A program made the position numbers and the translations under genes. Shown here piece after piece: positions 1 through 9,895 of a DNA stretch of 64,000 nt. This DNA comes from Synergistaceae bacterium. Its GTDB lineage: Bacteria; Synergistota; Synergistia; Synergistales; Aminobacteriaceae. Under the pieces are notes generated by a model. The model made no database searches. It was not told where the DNA came from and saw nothing but the letters and a program-made list of their open reading frames with translations. How positions within the stretch are numbered: the first letter of the stretch is position 1; each line of letters starts with the position of its first letter. Location: positions 790-64,789 of the forward strand of contig JAISUO010000034.1 in NCBI GenBank assembly GCA_031272035.1, written 5' to 3'.

Positions 1-79
1 CGCGCAAAAATTTGGGCCAGGGAGGAGCCCATCGTTCCCGCTCCCGCAATCGCCACGGTTTTTATTTTCGAACCTCGTT

Positions 80-1927
80 TCATACGTTTCCCCTCGTTTC
101 TTTAGACGCCCAGGCGTCTGTGATGTCCTCTTCATACTGCATCGACCAAAGTTTAAGATAGTATCCCCTTTTGCGCAGCAGTTCCCGATGTGTTCCTCTT
201 TCGATAATTTTACCGTCCCGCACCACGAGGATGAGGTCGGCGGCCCGGATCGTCGAGAGACGATGGGCGATCAGGAAGGAGGTCCGACCCTGCAGAACCT
301 TCGATATGGCGTTCTGGATCAGCCGTTCCGTTTCGGTGTCGATGGACGACGTGGCCTCGTCCAGGACGAAGATCCGCGGGTCGGCCAACAGAGCCCGGGC
401 AAAGGCGACGAGTTGTTTTTCCCCCGTGGAGAGCCGGTCGCCGCCTTCGCCCACGTCGCTGTCGAGCCCCTGAGGAAGTTTTCTCAAAACGGCGTCGGCT
501 GACGCCAGATGAATGGCCTCCAGAATTTGTTCGTCGGTGGCGTCGAGACGCCCGTAACGGACGTTGTCGCGGATCGTTCCCGAGAAAAGATGCGGCGTCT
601 GCAGCACGCAGCCGATGTTTGAATGCAGCCACAACTGTGAACGTTCCCGATAGTCCCGCCCGTCGATAAGGATTCTTCCGGAAGTGGGCTCGAAAAAGCG
701 GCAGGCCAGGTTGACCAGAGTTGACTTGCCCGCTCCGGTTTCTCCGACGATGGCCAGGCAGGTTCCTGCCGGTATGTCCAGGCTGAAGTGGGAAAGGACT
801 TCCTCGTCGCCGTCGGGATACTGAAAAGTCACGTCGTCGAAGCGAATGTCGCCAAAGAGGGGCTCCCAGTTCTCCCGTCGGGGGTGGAAGCTGTCGCCGT
901 ACTTTTCCGTGACCTCGGGGGAATCCGTGATTTCCGGTTTTCGCTTCAGCAGGGCATCGACGCGTTCGATGTTGGCTCCCGTGGCGGTGGCGTCCGAAAA
1001 GAATCGGGACAGGTGCTGTATGGGCTCAAGAATGTTGATGGCGTAGGAAATCAGCGCCGAAAGCGTTCCGAAGGCCATGGACCCCTTCAGGATGTACGAG
1101 GACCCCTGAGCCAGCATCATGGCCACGGCGAAGGACCCGAAAGCCATCATCACGGGCATGTAGATGGCACTCAGAGTGGCCGCTCGTATGGTCTCCCGGT
1201 ACATTTCCCCGGAGAGACCGGAGAACTCCACCGCGTTGAGGTCCTCGACCACGAGGGTTTTCGACGTGCGGGCTCCGAGAATCCCCTCGTTGAAAGCGCC
1301 CGTTATGAAGGAGTTCGCCCGGCGGACTTTTCGGTTGTGACGCAGGATTTTGTTCTGGAACCAGAACGTGATCAGCGCCAGGACCGGCAGAAGCCCCGTG
1401 AACCACAGGCCCAGCCTCAGGTCCAGCAGGAGCATCGAAACCACGGCGAAGACCACGTAAGAAAGCCCCCACATCAGATCGACGAGTCCCCAGGCCACCA
1501 GCATTCCAATTTTGTCGGTGTCCGAGAGAACCCGGGCCAGAATGTAACCCACCGGCGTCGTGTTGTAATAGGAAAGGGAGAGCGTCTGCAGGTGGTCGAA
1601 ACAGGCCTTCTTCAGGTCCCGGGAAAACCCCAGCTCCACTCGAATCGCCATTCTCGTGAAGATCGCCACGAACAGGAACTCCAGGAGGATCACGGCGGCT
1701 CCGGCCAGGGCCGCGGCGGGGATGCCTCTCGAAACTTTGGGAATGATGAAGGCGTCAATGAAATACTTCTGATATAAGGGGATGCAGACGTCGATCACCG
1801 AACAGGCGAGCATGAGGGACAGGGCTGCGGCCACCGTTCGACGGTAGGGTCGAAAGAAGGGGAGCATCGCGGCCCATACTCCCAGCCGAAAGGGTCGGTC
1901 GGAAAATTCGTCCTCATGGAACTGCAT
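80..1927 (-). CDS. ABC exporter, fused permease/ATP-binding protein
   Basis: 615-aa ORF with an N-terminal multi-TM region. NBD motifs are Walker A GETGAGKST, signature LSTGEKQ and Walker B IFVLDEATS. It overlaps the upstream partner gene by 14 nt. Confidence 0.9.
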   Translation of the reverse strand: MQFHEDEFSDRPFRLGVWAAMLPFFRPYRRTVAAALSLMLACSVIDVCIPLYQKYFIDAFIIPKVSRGIPAAALAGAAVILLEFLFVAIFTRMAIRVELGFSRDLKKACFDHLQTLSLSYYNTTPVGYILARVLSDTDKIGMLVAWGLVDLMWGLSYVVFAVVSMLLLDLRLGLWFTGLLPVLALITFWFQNKILRHNRKVRRANSFITGAFNEGILGARTSKTLVVEDLNAVEFSGLSGEMYRETIRAATLSAIYMPVMMAFGSFAVAMMLAQGSSYILKGSMAFGTLSALISYAINILEPIQHLSRFFSDATATGANIERVDALLKRKPEITDSPEVTEKYGDSFHPRRENWEPLFGDIRFDDVTFQYPDGDEEVLSHFSLDIPAGTCLAIVGETGAGKSTLVNLACRFFEPTSGRILIDGRDYRERSQLWLHSNIGCVLQTPHLFSGTIRDNVRYGRLDATDEQILEAIHLASADAVLRKLPQGLDSDVGEGGDRLSTGEKQLVAFARALLADPRIFVLDEATSSIDTETERLIQNAISKVLQGRTSFLIAHRLSTIRAADLILVVRDGKIIERGTHRELLRKRGYYLKLWSMQYEEDITDAWASKETRGNV

Positions 1928-3755
1928 GTGGAAACTCCATTTCTTCGGACAGTTCCTCTTCCGAGTTCCGCTGCATGTCGTGAATTCGCCTGTAAAACCC
2001 GTTGCGTTTCAGCAGCTCGGCGGGAGTGCCGATTTCCGCGATTTTACCGTTTTCCAGAACCATGATCCGGTCTGCGCCTGAAACAGAGGTGAGTCTGTGG
2101 GCAATGATCAGTGTGGTAACGCCTTTCGTTCTCTGATGGAGGCCGCTGCGGATCTTCGCGTCCGTTTCGGTGTCCACCGCGGAGAGGGAGTCGTCGAAAA
2201 TCATGATCGTCGGTTTTTTGAGCAGTGTTCGGGCAATGGCCACTCTCTGCTTCTGCCCGCCGGAAAGGGTGACGCCCCGTTCTCCCACCAGGGTGTCGTA
2301 TCCCAGCGAAAAATGTTCGATGGCCTCGTCCAGCCAGGCCGCCGCAGCGGCTTCGCGAATTTCCTCGACGGGGCAGTCCGGGCGGAGGGAGGCGATGTTC
2401 TCGCGGATGGTGCGGGAGTAGAGAAAGGGCTCCTGAAGCACAATGCCGATGTTTTCCCGCAGCCATGCGCGTTTGTATTTTCGAATGTCCGTCCCGCCGA
2501 TCCGGATTTCGCCTTCTCCTTCCTTCAGATCGTACAGCCGGCACAGGAGGTGGGCGATGGTGGTTTTGCCGGAGCCGGTCGCTCCCAGTATGCCCAGCGT
2601 TGTCCCCTGTTTTATCGTAAAGGAAAGGTCCCGCAGCACCGGCGCTCCGCCGTAGGAAAAATTGACGCGGTGGAATTCGATGTCGCCGCGAATGGGGGTA
2701 ACGAGGGCATCCGGCGGGTCGTCTTCGACCCGTGCGCGCAGAATTTCCAACAGACGAGAGAGGGAGACTCCGGTCCTTCCCGCTTCGGCGAGAACCCTTC
2801 CCAATCCGCGAACCGGCCAGATGATCATCGAGTTGTAGGTCAGAAATACGATGAATTCTCCCACCGTGACGTTTCCTTCGACGGCCTGCCAGGCTCCGGC
2901 GGCGCAGATCGTGACCATCTGGAGGCCGGTCAGCAGGTCCCCCAGCCCCCAGTAAAGACTGAGCAGGTTCCCCAGTTTCACCCAGAGGCCGGCGTAGCGG
3001 CGGTTTCGCAGGTCAAAGCGTTCGGTTTCGTAGAGCTCGCGTCCGAAGGCCCGCACCACCCGAACTCCCGTGAAATTCTCCTGAGCCGCGGCCAGAAGTT
3101 CGCCTTCCGCCTCGTCCGCCGCCTGAAAATGGGGAGCGGTCCTTCGCAGAAAGAAAAAGGACGTGAGAAAGGTCACGACCAGAAAGGCGAAGGAGAGAAG
3201 GGACAGGGCCACGTTCATGGAAAGCAGGATCGAAGTGGCGAAAACGATCAGAGCCAGAGTGCGGACCACCTCCACGACCTGGGCGGACATAAAGTTGTGG
3301 ACGACGTCCACGTCAGAGGTGCATCGCTGAACGATGTCTCCGGTTTGAATATCGATGTGCCAGGCGTAGGGCAGGTGCTGGATGTGGGTGTAGAGCGCGT
3401 CTCGAAGGCGCTTTGTCAGGCTCTCCGCGGCCATGGAGAGCGTCCGGCGGTGAATAAATCCCAGCAGCTCTCCGGCGACGGAGATTCCGGTCACCAGCAG
3501 AACGATGAACGCCCGATTTTCGCTCATGGCTTGAGCAAGCCCCGTGGTCAGACCGGAAAAGGCTCCCGAAAAATACGAGGTCGGAGGAACGTCTCCGATC
3601 ACGCTGTCCACCACGAAACGAATCGCCTGAGGCAGGAGGAAACCGCAGAACGTCGAGGCGAGCATGGCCGAGAAGGAGACGCAGTAAAGAGCTCTGCTTC
3701 CGGCGGAGATGTTCCACAGCAGAGCGAAGGGGCTTTTTGCCGCAACCGGAAACAT
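1914..3755 (-). CDS. ABC exporter, fused permease/ATP-binding protein (heterodimer partner)
   Basis: 613-aa ORF with Walker A GATGSGKTT, signature LSGGQKQR and Walker B IMIFDDSLSAVD. Tandem with 80..1927. Confidence 0.9.
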   Translation of the reverse strand: MFPVAAKSPFALLWNISAGSRALYCVSFSAMLASTFCGFLLPQAIRFVVDSVIGDVPPTSYFSGAFSGLTTGLAQAMSENRAFIVLLVTGISVAGELLGFIHRRTLSMAAESLTKRLRDALYTHIQHLPYAWHIDIQTGDIVQRCTSDVDVVHNFMSAQVVEVVRTLALIVFATSILLSMNVALSLLSFAFLVVTFLTSFFFLRRTAPHFQAADEAEGELLAAAQENFTGVRVVRAFGRELYETERFDLRNRRYAGLWVKLGNLLSLYWGLGDLLTGLQMVTICAAGAWQAVEGNVTVGEFIVFLTYNSMIIWPVRGLGRVLAEAGRTGVSLSRLLEILRARVEDDPPDALVTPIRGDIEFHRVNFSYGGAPVLRDLSFTIKQGTTLGILGATGSGKTTIAHLLCRLYDLKEGEGEIRIGGTDIRKYKRAWLRENIGIVLQEPFLYSRTIRENIASLRPDCPVEEIREAAAAAWLDEAIEHFSLGYDTLVGERGVTLSGGQKQRVAIARTLLKKPTIMIFDDSLSAVDTETDAKIRSGLHQRTKGVTTLIIAHRLTSVSGADRIMVLENGKIAEIGTPAELLKRNGFYRRIHDMQRNSEEELSEEMEFPHAVP

Positions 3756-3759
3756 CGGT

Positions 3760-4473
3760 TTATACCTTTCCCCCGTCCCACAGCTCCTGCAGGGTAACGA
3801 AGCGGTATCCCCGTTCGCGGAGGGCCTTTACGATTCCCGGCAGGGCCCGGACGGTTTCGGGGACCCCCGAATGCATCAGGATCACGGCGCCGGGCCGGAC
3901 GTCTCCCAGCACCTGGGCCGTGATGGTTTCCGCGTTCCGTCCCGTGTAGTCGGCGGTGTTCACGCTCCAGAGCCCCAGCTTCATGTTCATTTGCCGCATG
4001 GCTTTGAAGATCACGAGGCCGAATCCCCCTCCGGGCGGTCGCATGAAGCGGGGAGTCCGGATGTTCAGCCTGTCCATGACTTCATTGCATCGCTCCGTCT
4101 CGCGGATGACCTTTTCCAGCCACAGGGTGTAGAGTTTGGGGTGTGTGTAGCTGTGGTTCTCGATCATATTGCCGGATTGGTCGATGGCCCGGGTGATCTC
4201 TTCGTAACGTTCGGCGAACTTGCCCACCAGGAAGAACGTTCCCGGAGTCCGGAGTTCCCGCAGAACCGTCAGCAGCTCATGTACGCCGTTCTCCCGCGGG
4301 CCGTCGTCGAAGGTCAGAACCACCTCCCAGACGAAGGGATTGCCCGAGGCGATTCCCCATCTTCCTCTTTCATCGGAAAGAGGCCCCCACTGAACGCACA
4401 GAAAAAGACACAGCAACGCGATTGTCAGGCTCCGTTGACTTTTGCGCAGATATTTCGGCGTGGAAATTTTCAT
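3760..4473 (-). CDS. Polysaccharide deacetylase (NodB/CE4 domain), secreted
   Basis: Motifs TFDDGP and HSYTHP. I chose the internal ATG at 4473 (MKISTPKYL..., signal-like LTIALLCLFL), preceded by GAAAGGA. The ORF track extends to 4590. Confidence 0.8.
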   Translation of the reverse strand: MKISTPKYLRKSQRSLTIALLCLFLCVQWGPLSDERGRWGIASGNPFVWEVVLTFDDGPRENGVHELLTVLRELRTPGTFFLVGKFAERYEEITRAIDQSGNMIENHSYTHPKLYTLWLEKVIRETERCNEVMDRLNIRTPRFMRPPGGGFGLVIFKAMRQMNMKLGLWSVNTADYTGRNAETITAQVLGDVRPGAVILMHSGVPETVRALPGIVKALRERGYRFVTLQELWDGGKV

Positions 4474-4743
4474 CGCGATCCTTTCGATTTGTATGAATTT
4501 CGGCTGCACAGATTCCCGGCCTGCATGAATTTTGAATCCTCTGTCTTCCTGCCCCCATGACGCGGATGCATCGATGATATAATGAAACACTATAATGTGT
4601 TTTTGAGAGTTGCGCCAGAGGGAAATATATTTCGAGGCAAAATAATCAAAATGGGTTTGAAGTCAGTGATTGATATTAATGTTAAATTAAAATCAATTTA
4701 AAGCTAAAATGAGTTTGTTAAAGAAGGGCATGTAAAGAGGAAC

Positions 4744-5277
4744 ATGGCGCTGCAAAACGCAAGACCGGAGTGGGATGTGTATTTTTTGACGATCGCGATG
4801 ATGGCCGCAATGCGAAGCACCTGTCTCCGCAGGCGGGTGGGGGCCGTAATCGTTCGGGACAGGCAGATCGTCAGCACGGGATACAATGGGGCGCCGAGAG
4901 GCACAGCGCATTCTTTCGACGTGGGGTGTCTGAGGGATATTTTGGGGATCCCTTCGGGGGAACGTCAGGAGATGTGCCGGGGGTCCCACGCCGAGGGAAA
5001 CGCCATTGCCCAGGCGGCCCGCATGGGAATCGCCACGGACGGAGGAACCCTTTACTGTACTCATGAGCCCTGTTCCATGTGTACGAAATCCATATTGAAC
5101 GCGGGGCTTGTCCGGGTGGTCTACATGGTGCCCTATCCAGACAGGCTGGCGGTGGAGCTGCGGGAGGAAACGGACGTGATTTTCGAGGCCATGGCCCCGG
5201 AAAAAGTGGAGGAAGCGCGGGAATGGATGAGGCAGGCGGCTTCCTTCACGCCTCAGTTGAACAGAAGAAGCGAATAA
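4744..5277 (+). CDS. dCMP deaminase / ComEB-type cytidine-deoxycytidylate deaminase
   Basis: Zinc-binding motifs HAEGNAI and PCSMC. 177 aa. Confidence 0.85.
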   Translation: MALQNARPEWDVYFLTIAMMAAMRSTCLRRRVGAVIVRDRQIVSTGYNGAPRGTAHSFDVGCLRDILGIPSGERQEMCRGSHAEGNAIAQAARMGIATDGGTLYCTHEPCSMCTKSILNAGLVRVVYMVPYPDRLAVELREETDVIFEAMAPEKVEEAREWMRQAASFTPQLNRRSE

Positions 5278-5373
5278 ATAAAAGAAGCGAAGCCAAAAAA
5301 TAAAGATAAAATTATAAAGAGAAAAATAAAGAAGTCAGAAGGTGTCCGCGCGACCCCGAAGGAGGAAACGGAT

Positions 5374-5949
5374 TTGGTTCCCACAAGAGATGAAGCTTTG
5401 TCGCTTTTAAAAAAATATAACCAGGATGAAAGCCATATCAAACACGCCTTTGCCGTAGAGGGGGTCATGCGCCATTTTGCGCGGCGGATGGGCGGCGACG
5501 AGTCCCTGTGGGGAGTGGTGGGCATCCTCCACGACATCGACTGGGAGCGGACCATGAGCGATCCCGCCCGTCACTGCAACCTTGCGCCGGAGCTGCTTCG
5601 GGAGGCGGGAATTGACGAGGGGATCATCCACGCGGTCCAGTCTCACGGATATGAGATTTGCTCGGACGTGGAGCCGGAAAACGATATGGAAAAAGTTCTT
5701 TTCGCCGTGGACGAACTGACGGGGCTTGTGATCACGGCCGGACTCGTCCGCCCGTCGAAGTCCCTCGCGGACCTGGAAGTAAAGTCCGTCAAAAAGAAAT
5801 GGAAGGATAAAACCTTTGCCCGGGGCGTGGATCGCGAAGTCATTCAGAAGGGGGCCGAACGAATGGGAATTTCTCTGGACGAGCTGATCGAGCAGACCAT
5901 CGAGGCCCTGCGCCCCATCGAACGGGAGATCGGGCTGCCGGGGGCCTGA
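5374..5949 (+). CDS. HD-domain hydrolase
   Basis: The H...HD pattern (KHAFAVEG...GILHDID) is typical of HD/HDIG phosphohydrolases. TTG start preceded by AAGGAGGAAAC. Confidence 0.7.
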   Translation: MVPTRDEALSLLKKYNQDESHIKHAFAVEGVMRHFARRMGGDESLWGVVGILHDIDWERTMSDPARHCNLAPELLREAGIDEGIIHAVQSHGYEICSDVEPENDMEKVLFAVDELTGLVITAGLVRPSKSLADLEVKSVKKKWKDKTFARGVDREVIQKGAERMGISLDELIEQTIEALRPIEREIGLPGA

Positions 5950-6183
5950 GCGCGGCGGCGGCGACGAAAACTTCTTCTCCTGTCCTGTCTTCTCTTGCCT
6001 GCTCTTCTTTATTGTCAGTAGCTTTGCTCTTGTTCGTATTTTGACAGCCTGTTAGGCTTTGGATGAAGAGTGACTTTTGACTGTAGAATTATAGAAATTG
6101 CAAAGTTGGTTTTACCAGGAATAACACGAGCAATTAAGAGCAATTAAGAAAAGAAAAAAGTTTGTTGGAAGGAGAAGTTTCCC

Positions 6184-6822
6184 ATGCCGATTAAAGTGAT
6201 TTTAGCCGATGATCATCCTTTGACGAGAGCGGGAATCGCGGAATTTTTGAGGAGAGAAAGTTCGCTCGAACTCGTAGGAGAAGCGGAAGACGGTCTGAAA
6301 GCGTGGCAGCAGATTCAGGACCTCAAACCCGATGTGGCGCTTTTGGACATTCGGATGCCGGGCATGGATGGAGTGTCTGTCGTGCAGAAGGTCAAGGAAG
6401 CGGGGCTTCAGACGGCCACGATCATGCTGACCTCTTACGATGCGCAGCAGTATGTCATGGCCTCTCTGCGTGCGGGGGCCCGGGGGTTCGTCCTGAAGAC
6501 CGTCACGCCCAAGGAACTGACGACGGCGATTGCCACGGTGGCCCGGGGAGGGCTTTATCTCGATCCGGAAGTCGCCTCGGTCATGGGAGAAAGAGATTTT
6601 GATCCGGAACAACTTTCCACCCGGGAGAGAGAGGTTCTCGTCCTGGCGGCGAAAGGACTTTCCAGCAAGGAGGTTGCGGGCAGGCTTTTCATCAGCGAGC
6701 GGACCGTTCAGACCCACCTCGCTTCCATTTACGACAAACTGGGGTCCAAGAATAAAACGGAGGCGCTGCTTCTGGCTCTGAAGTATGGAGTGGTCACTTT
6801 GGAGGAGCTGTTGGAAGATTAA
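6184..6822 (+). CDS. Response regulator, NarL/LuxR family
   Basis: Receiver domain (ILADDHPL...DVALLDIRMPGMDG) plus a C-terminal LuxR HTH (LSTREREVL...SEKEVAGRLFISERTVQTHL). Confidence 0.9.
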   Translation: MPIKVILADDHPLTRAGIAEFLRRESSLELVGEAEDGLKAWQQIQDLKPDVALLDIRMPGMDGVSVVQKVKEAGLQTATIMLTSYDAQQYVMASLRAGARGFVLKTVTPKELTTAIATVARGGLYLDPEVASVMGERDFDPEQLSTREREVLVLAAKGLSSKEVAGRLFISERTVQTHLASIYDKLGSKNKTEALLLALKYGVVTLEELLED

Positions 6823-8215
6823 ATTTTTAGTTGTCAGAACGCCCTGGCTGAATTTTTTAAAAAAGAATCTGCTGGCGCTTCTTTTAGGCGCGCTGATGCT
6901 GCCACCCGTAGCTGTATTGATGGTGGCAGCTTTTGCACATTTCACTCAGGAGCGGGCCATGGAGGCCACGGTGAGTTCCTATGTGCAGGACCTTGCGGAG
7001 GGAATGGCGTATCGCCTGAGTACCGAGGGCAGAAGCTGGAGCCTGCCGGAAGAACCCTTTCTCTCCTCGACGCGCTACAGGGTCTTTTCCTGGGGACTGG
7101 CCATTCCGGGGGGCGTCGCCTACATCGGCGCGGACGGAAGGATCATCATGTCCTCCCCGGGGACTTCCGCCATCGCGGAGCTCTGGAAACCGGGCCTGCC
7201 CATGGGGACGGCCATCCGGGTCGAAGATAAGGTGGGGCATCAGTACACCATGGCGATTTATCCCATGGACCAGGGTCGAGGCTACGTGGTGGCCGCCGTC
7301 TCCTGGGATCAGCTTCTGGGAGGACTGGTGCGGGTGGGACGTCCCTGGCCGGTTCTGATCGTCGTCATGTCTCTGGGCAGCATTCTGGCCATTCGCCTGC
7401 TCTGGCGGCGGCTGATCTCGCCTCTGCAGGGGCTGGTGGCCGAAATTGACGATCTCCGGATGGGGCGGGATACCCCCAGCACCATTGATTTACGGGCGGT
7501 GAAGGAAATCGAAAGCGTCCACAACGCCCTGACCCGGTTCGCTCACGCGGCGGTGGAGCGCGACAACCTCCGCAACCGCTACGTGCGGGATATTGTGCAG
7601 GTGCAGGAGACGGAGCGGCTGGATATGGCCCGGGAGATTCATGACGGTCCCCTGCAGGACATCACGGCGCTTTTGCAGCAGATTCACATGTCTCTGGAAG
7701 AAGGCGAGGACACCCGCGCTCGAATCAAAAAGACGGAACTGCTGGCCAGGACTGTGGTCCGCGAACTTCGAGGGCTTTGTGACGAACTGGCCCCCCCCTG
7801 GGTGGAGCTGAAGTCCGCGGACGCGCTGTCGGAGCTTTCGGAGCGTCTTTCTCAAAGCTACGAGGTGCGCGTGTCCGTGGAGCTGGACGAGTCCATCGAC
7901 CTGGGGTCCGAACGGACGCTTTCTCTGGTCCGTATTTTTCAGGAGGCCGTTTCCAACGCCGTCCGCCACGGCGAGGCGACGGAAATTTGCGCCCGGATGT
8001 TCGAAAGAGACGGCAGCGTCGTTTTTGAAGTTCAGGACAACGGGAAGGGCTTCGATTCCGGTTTCGACCACGAAAAACTGCGGGTGGAGGGACATCGGGG
8101 CCTGGCCAACATGAAGGAAAGAATGTCGCTGATCGGCGGTTCGCTGGAAGTTGAATCCAAAATTGGCGAAGGAACGTGTATTCGGTGTATCATGAAACGT
8201 GAGCCCGTCGTGTAG
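6785..8215 (+). CDS. Sensor histidine kinase (HisKA_3 / HATPase_c)
   Basis: H-box REIHDGPLQ, N-box/G-box region EAVSNAVRHG...VQDNGKGF...GHRGLANMKERM, and N-terminal TM segments. The start is uncertain: the ATG at 6785 overlaps the regulator by 38 nt. Confidence 0.85.
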   Translation: MEWSLWRSCWKIKFLVVRTPWLNFLKKNLLALLLGALMLPPVAVLMVAAFAHFTQERAMEATVSSYVQDLAEGMAYRLSTEGRSWSLPEEPFLSSTRYRVFSWGLAIPGGVAYIGADGRIIMSSPGTSAIAELWKPGLPMGTAIRVEDKVGHQYTMAIYPMDQGRGYVVAAVSWDQLLGGLVRVGRPWPVLIVVMSLGSILAIRLLWRRLISPLQGLVAEIDDLRMGRDTPSTIDLRAVKEIESVHNALTRFAHAAVERDNLRNRYVRDIVQVQETERLDMAREIHDGPLQDITALLQQIHMSLEEGEDTRARIKKTELLARTVVRELRGLCDELAPPWVELKSADALSELSERLSQSYEVRVSVELDESIDLGSERTLSLVRIFQEAVSNAVRHGEATEICARMFERDGSVVFEVQDNGKGFDSGFDHEKLRVEGHRGLANMKERMSLIGGSLEVESKIGEGTCIRCIMKREPVV

Positions 8216-8227
8216 GGGGGAGATGTC

Positions 8228-9850
8228 TTGAGAGTCAGATTTCTGGGAGCCGCCCAGGAGGTCACTGGTTCCAATTATCTTGTCGAATGTGGCGGCAGAA
8301 GGATTTTTGTGGATTGCGGTATTCATCAGGGGCGCAACGAAGACGAGCGGAACCGGGAGTCTCCTTTGGTCGATCCGGGAAAGCTCGACGCGGTGCTTTT
8401 GACTCATGCCCACATGGATCACTCGGGAAGGGTTCCGTTGCTGGTTCGTCAGGGGTTCAAGGGAAAAATCTGGGTGACCCGGACGGCGGTGGAACTGCTG
8501 GATGTTCTCTGGCGCGACTCCGCCCACCTCATGAAGGAAGAGGCGGAGTGGAAGAGCAGAAAAAACTCCCGCAGGGGCCTGCCGCCTGCGGAGCCGCTCT
8601 ACGACGAAAAGGACGTCTCCAATACCATGGCGCTTTTACAGCCTGTGGACTACGCGACGCCTTACGAGATCCTGCCCGGCATGGAGGCCTGCTACTACAA
8701 CGCGGGCCACATTTTGGGAAGCGCGTCTGTCGCCCTGAACCTCAGAGAACCGGAAAACGAGGTGCGGCTGGTGTTCAGCGGAGACCTAGGACAGCAGGAA
8801 GCCGTAGTGGAGCCGCCTCCCTCCGTACTGGACAAAGCCCATTACGTCCTTATAGAGTCCACCTACGGCGATCGTCTCCACAGAAATCTGAACCAGACGC
8901 GGAAGGAGTTTCGGGAGGTAATCACCAGCGCCCTTCGGGACAGGGGAAAGGTCATCATCCCCAGTTTTGTCATCGACCGGGCCCAGAGGCTTCTTTACGA
9001 ACTTTTCCTGATGCAGCAGGATGGCCTGATACCCGACGATCTTCCCATCTTCTTCGACTCCCCCATGGGGGCCAGGGCCACGGAGCTTTATCGCCAGTAT
9101 TCCGACACTCTCTCGGAGGACATACAGAAGTGCATCTCCGACGGGCAGGAACCCTTCAGGCCCAAAGGGCTGACTTTCGTTACGTCTGCCGAGCAGTCCC
9201 GGACAATCAACGACGTTTCTTCCTGCATCGTCATCGCGGGAAGCGGCATGTGTACGGGAGGGCGGGTTGTCCATCATCTGAAACACGCGGTCTGGAATCC
9301 CCAGAACCACGTTATTTTTGTGGGGTACCAAAGCTACGGGACGCTGGGGCGTCGCATCGTCGACGGGGAAAAGGACCTGCGCATCGCGGGGGAAGACGTT
9401 ACGGTCAGGGCGCAGATTCATACCCTGGGCGGATTTTCGGCTCACGGGGATCGGGACGACCTTTTGGCCTGGGCGAAACATATCGGGCCCAACCCGCTTT
9501 TTTTCGTTGTGCACGGCGAGCGCAAGGCGTCGCATGCTTTTGCCGCTTCGCTTCAGGAGGCGGGAATGCGTTCTCTGGTTCCCATGAAAAATCAGGAACT
9601 GGCGCTCTCGTCCGAGGTCGTTCTTCGGTCCGGGCAGCCCGTTGCCGTTCCGGTTCAGCCCCTTCCCGAGCCGCAGCCCGCGTGGAAGGGCGACAACGAG
9701 GCCGTCTTGGCGGTGGACAGCATCGCGAAGCTCCTGGAAAATCTGCGGGTAGAGCTGAAAAACGCCGCGAACGCCAGCGAGCTGATGCCGCTTTTGGTTT
9801 CGACCCGTACACTCCTGGAGACGATGAGCAACCGGGCCCAGAAGAAATAA
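8228..9850 (+). CDS. MBL-fold beta-CASP family RNA-metabolising hydrolase
   Basis: HAHMDHSG metallo-beta-lactamase motif and a beta-CASP-like central region. TTG start preceded by GGGGGGAG. Confidence 0.8.
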   Translation: MRVRFLGAAQEVTGSNYLVECGGRRIFVDCGIHQGRNEDERNRESPLVDPGKLDAVLLTHAHMDHSGRVPLLVRQGFKGKIWVTRTAVELLDVLWRDSAHLMKEEAEWKSRKNSRRGLPPAEPLYDEKDVSNTMALLQPVDYATPYEILPGMEACYYNAGHILGSASVALNLREPENEVRLVFSGDLGQQEAVVEPPPSVLDKAHYVLIESTYGDRLHRNLNQTRKEFREVITSALRDRGKVIIPSFVIDRAQRLLYELFLMQQDGLIPDDLPIFFDSPMGARATELYRQYSDTLSEDIQKCISDGQEPFRPKGLTFVTSAEQSRTINDVSSCIVIAGSGMCTGGRVVHHLKHAVWNPQNHVIFVGYQSYGTLGRRIVDGEKDLRIAGEDVTVRAQIHTLGGFSAHGDRDDLLAWAKHIGPNPLFFVVHGERKASHAFAASLQEAGMRSLVPMKNQELALSSEVVLRSGQPVAVPVQPLPEPQPAWKGDNEAVLAVDSIAKLLENLRVELKNAANASELMPLLVSTRTLLETMSNRAQKK

Positions 9851-9895
9851 AGATTATGTATTCAATGAAATTTATGTATTTATGGAGGGTTTTTG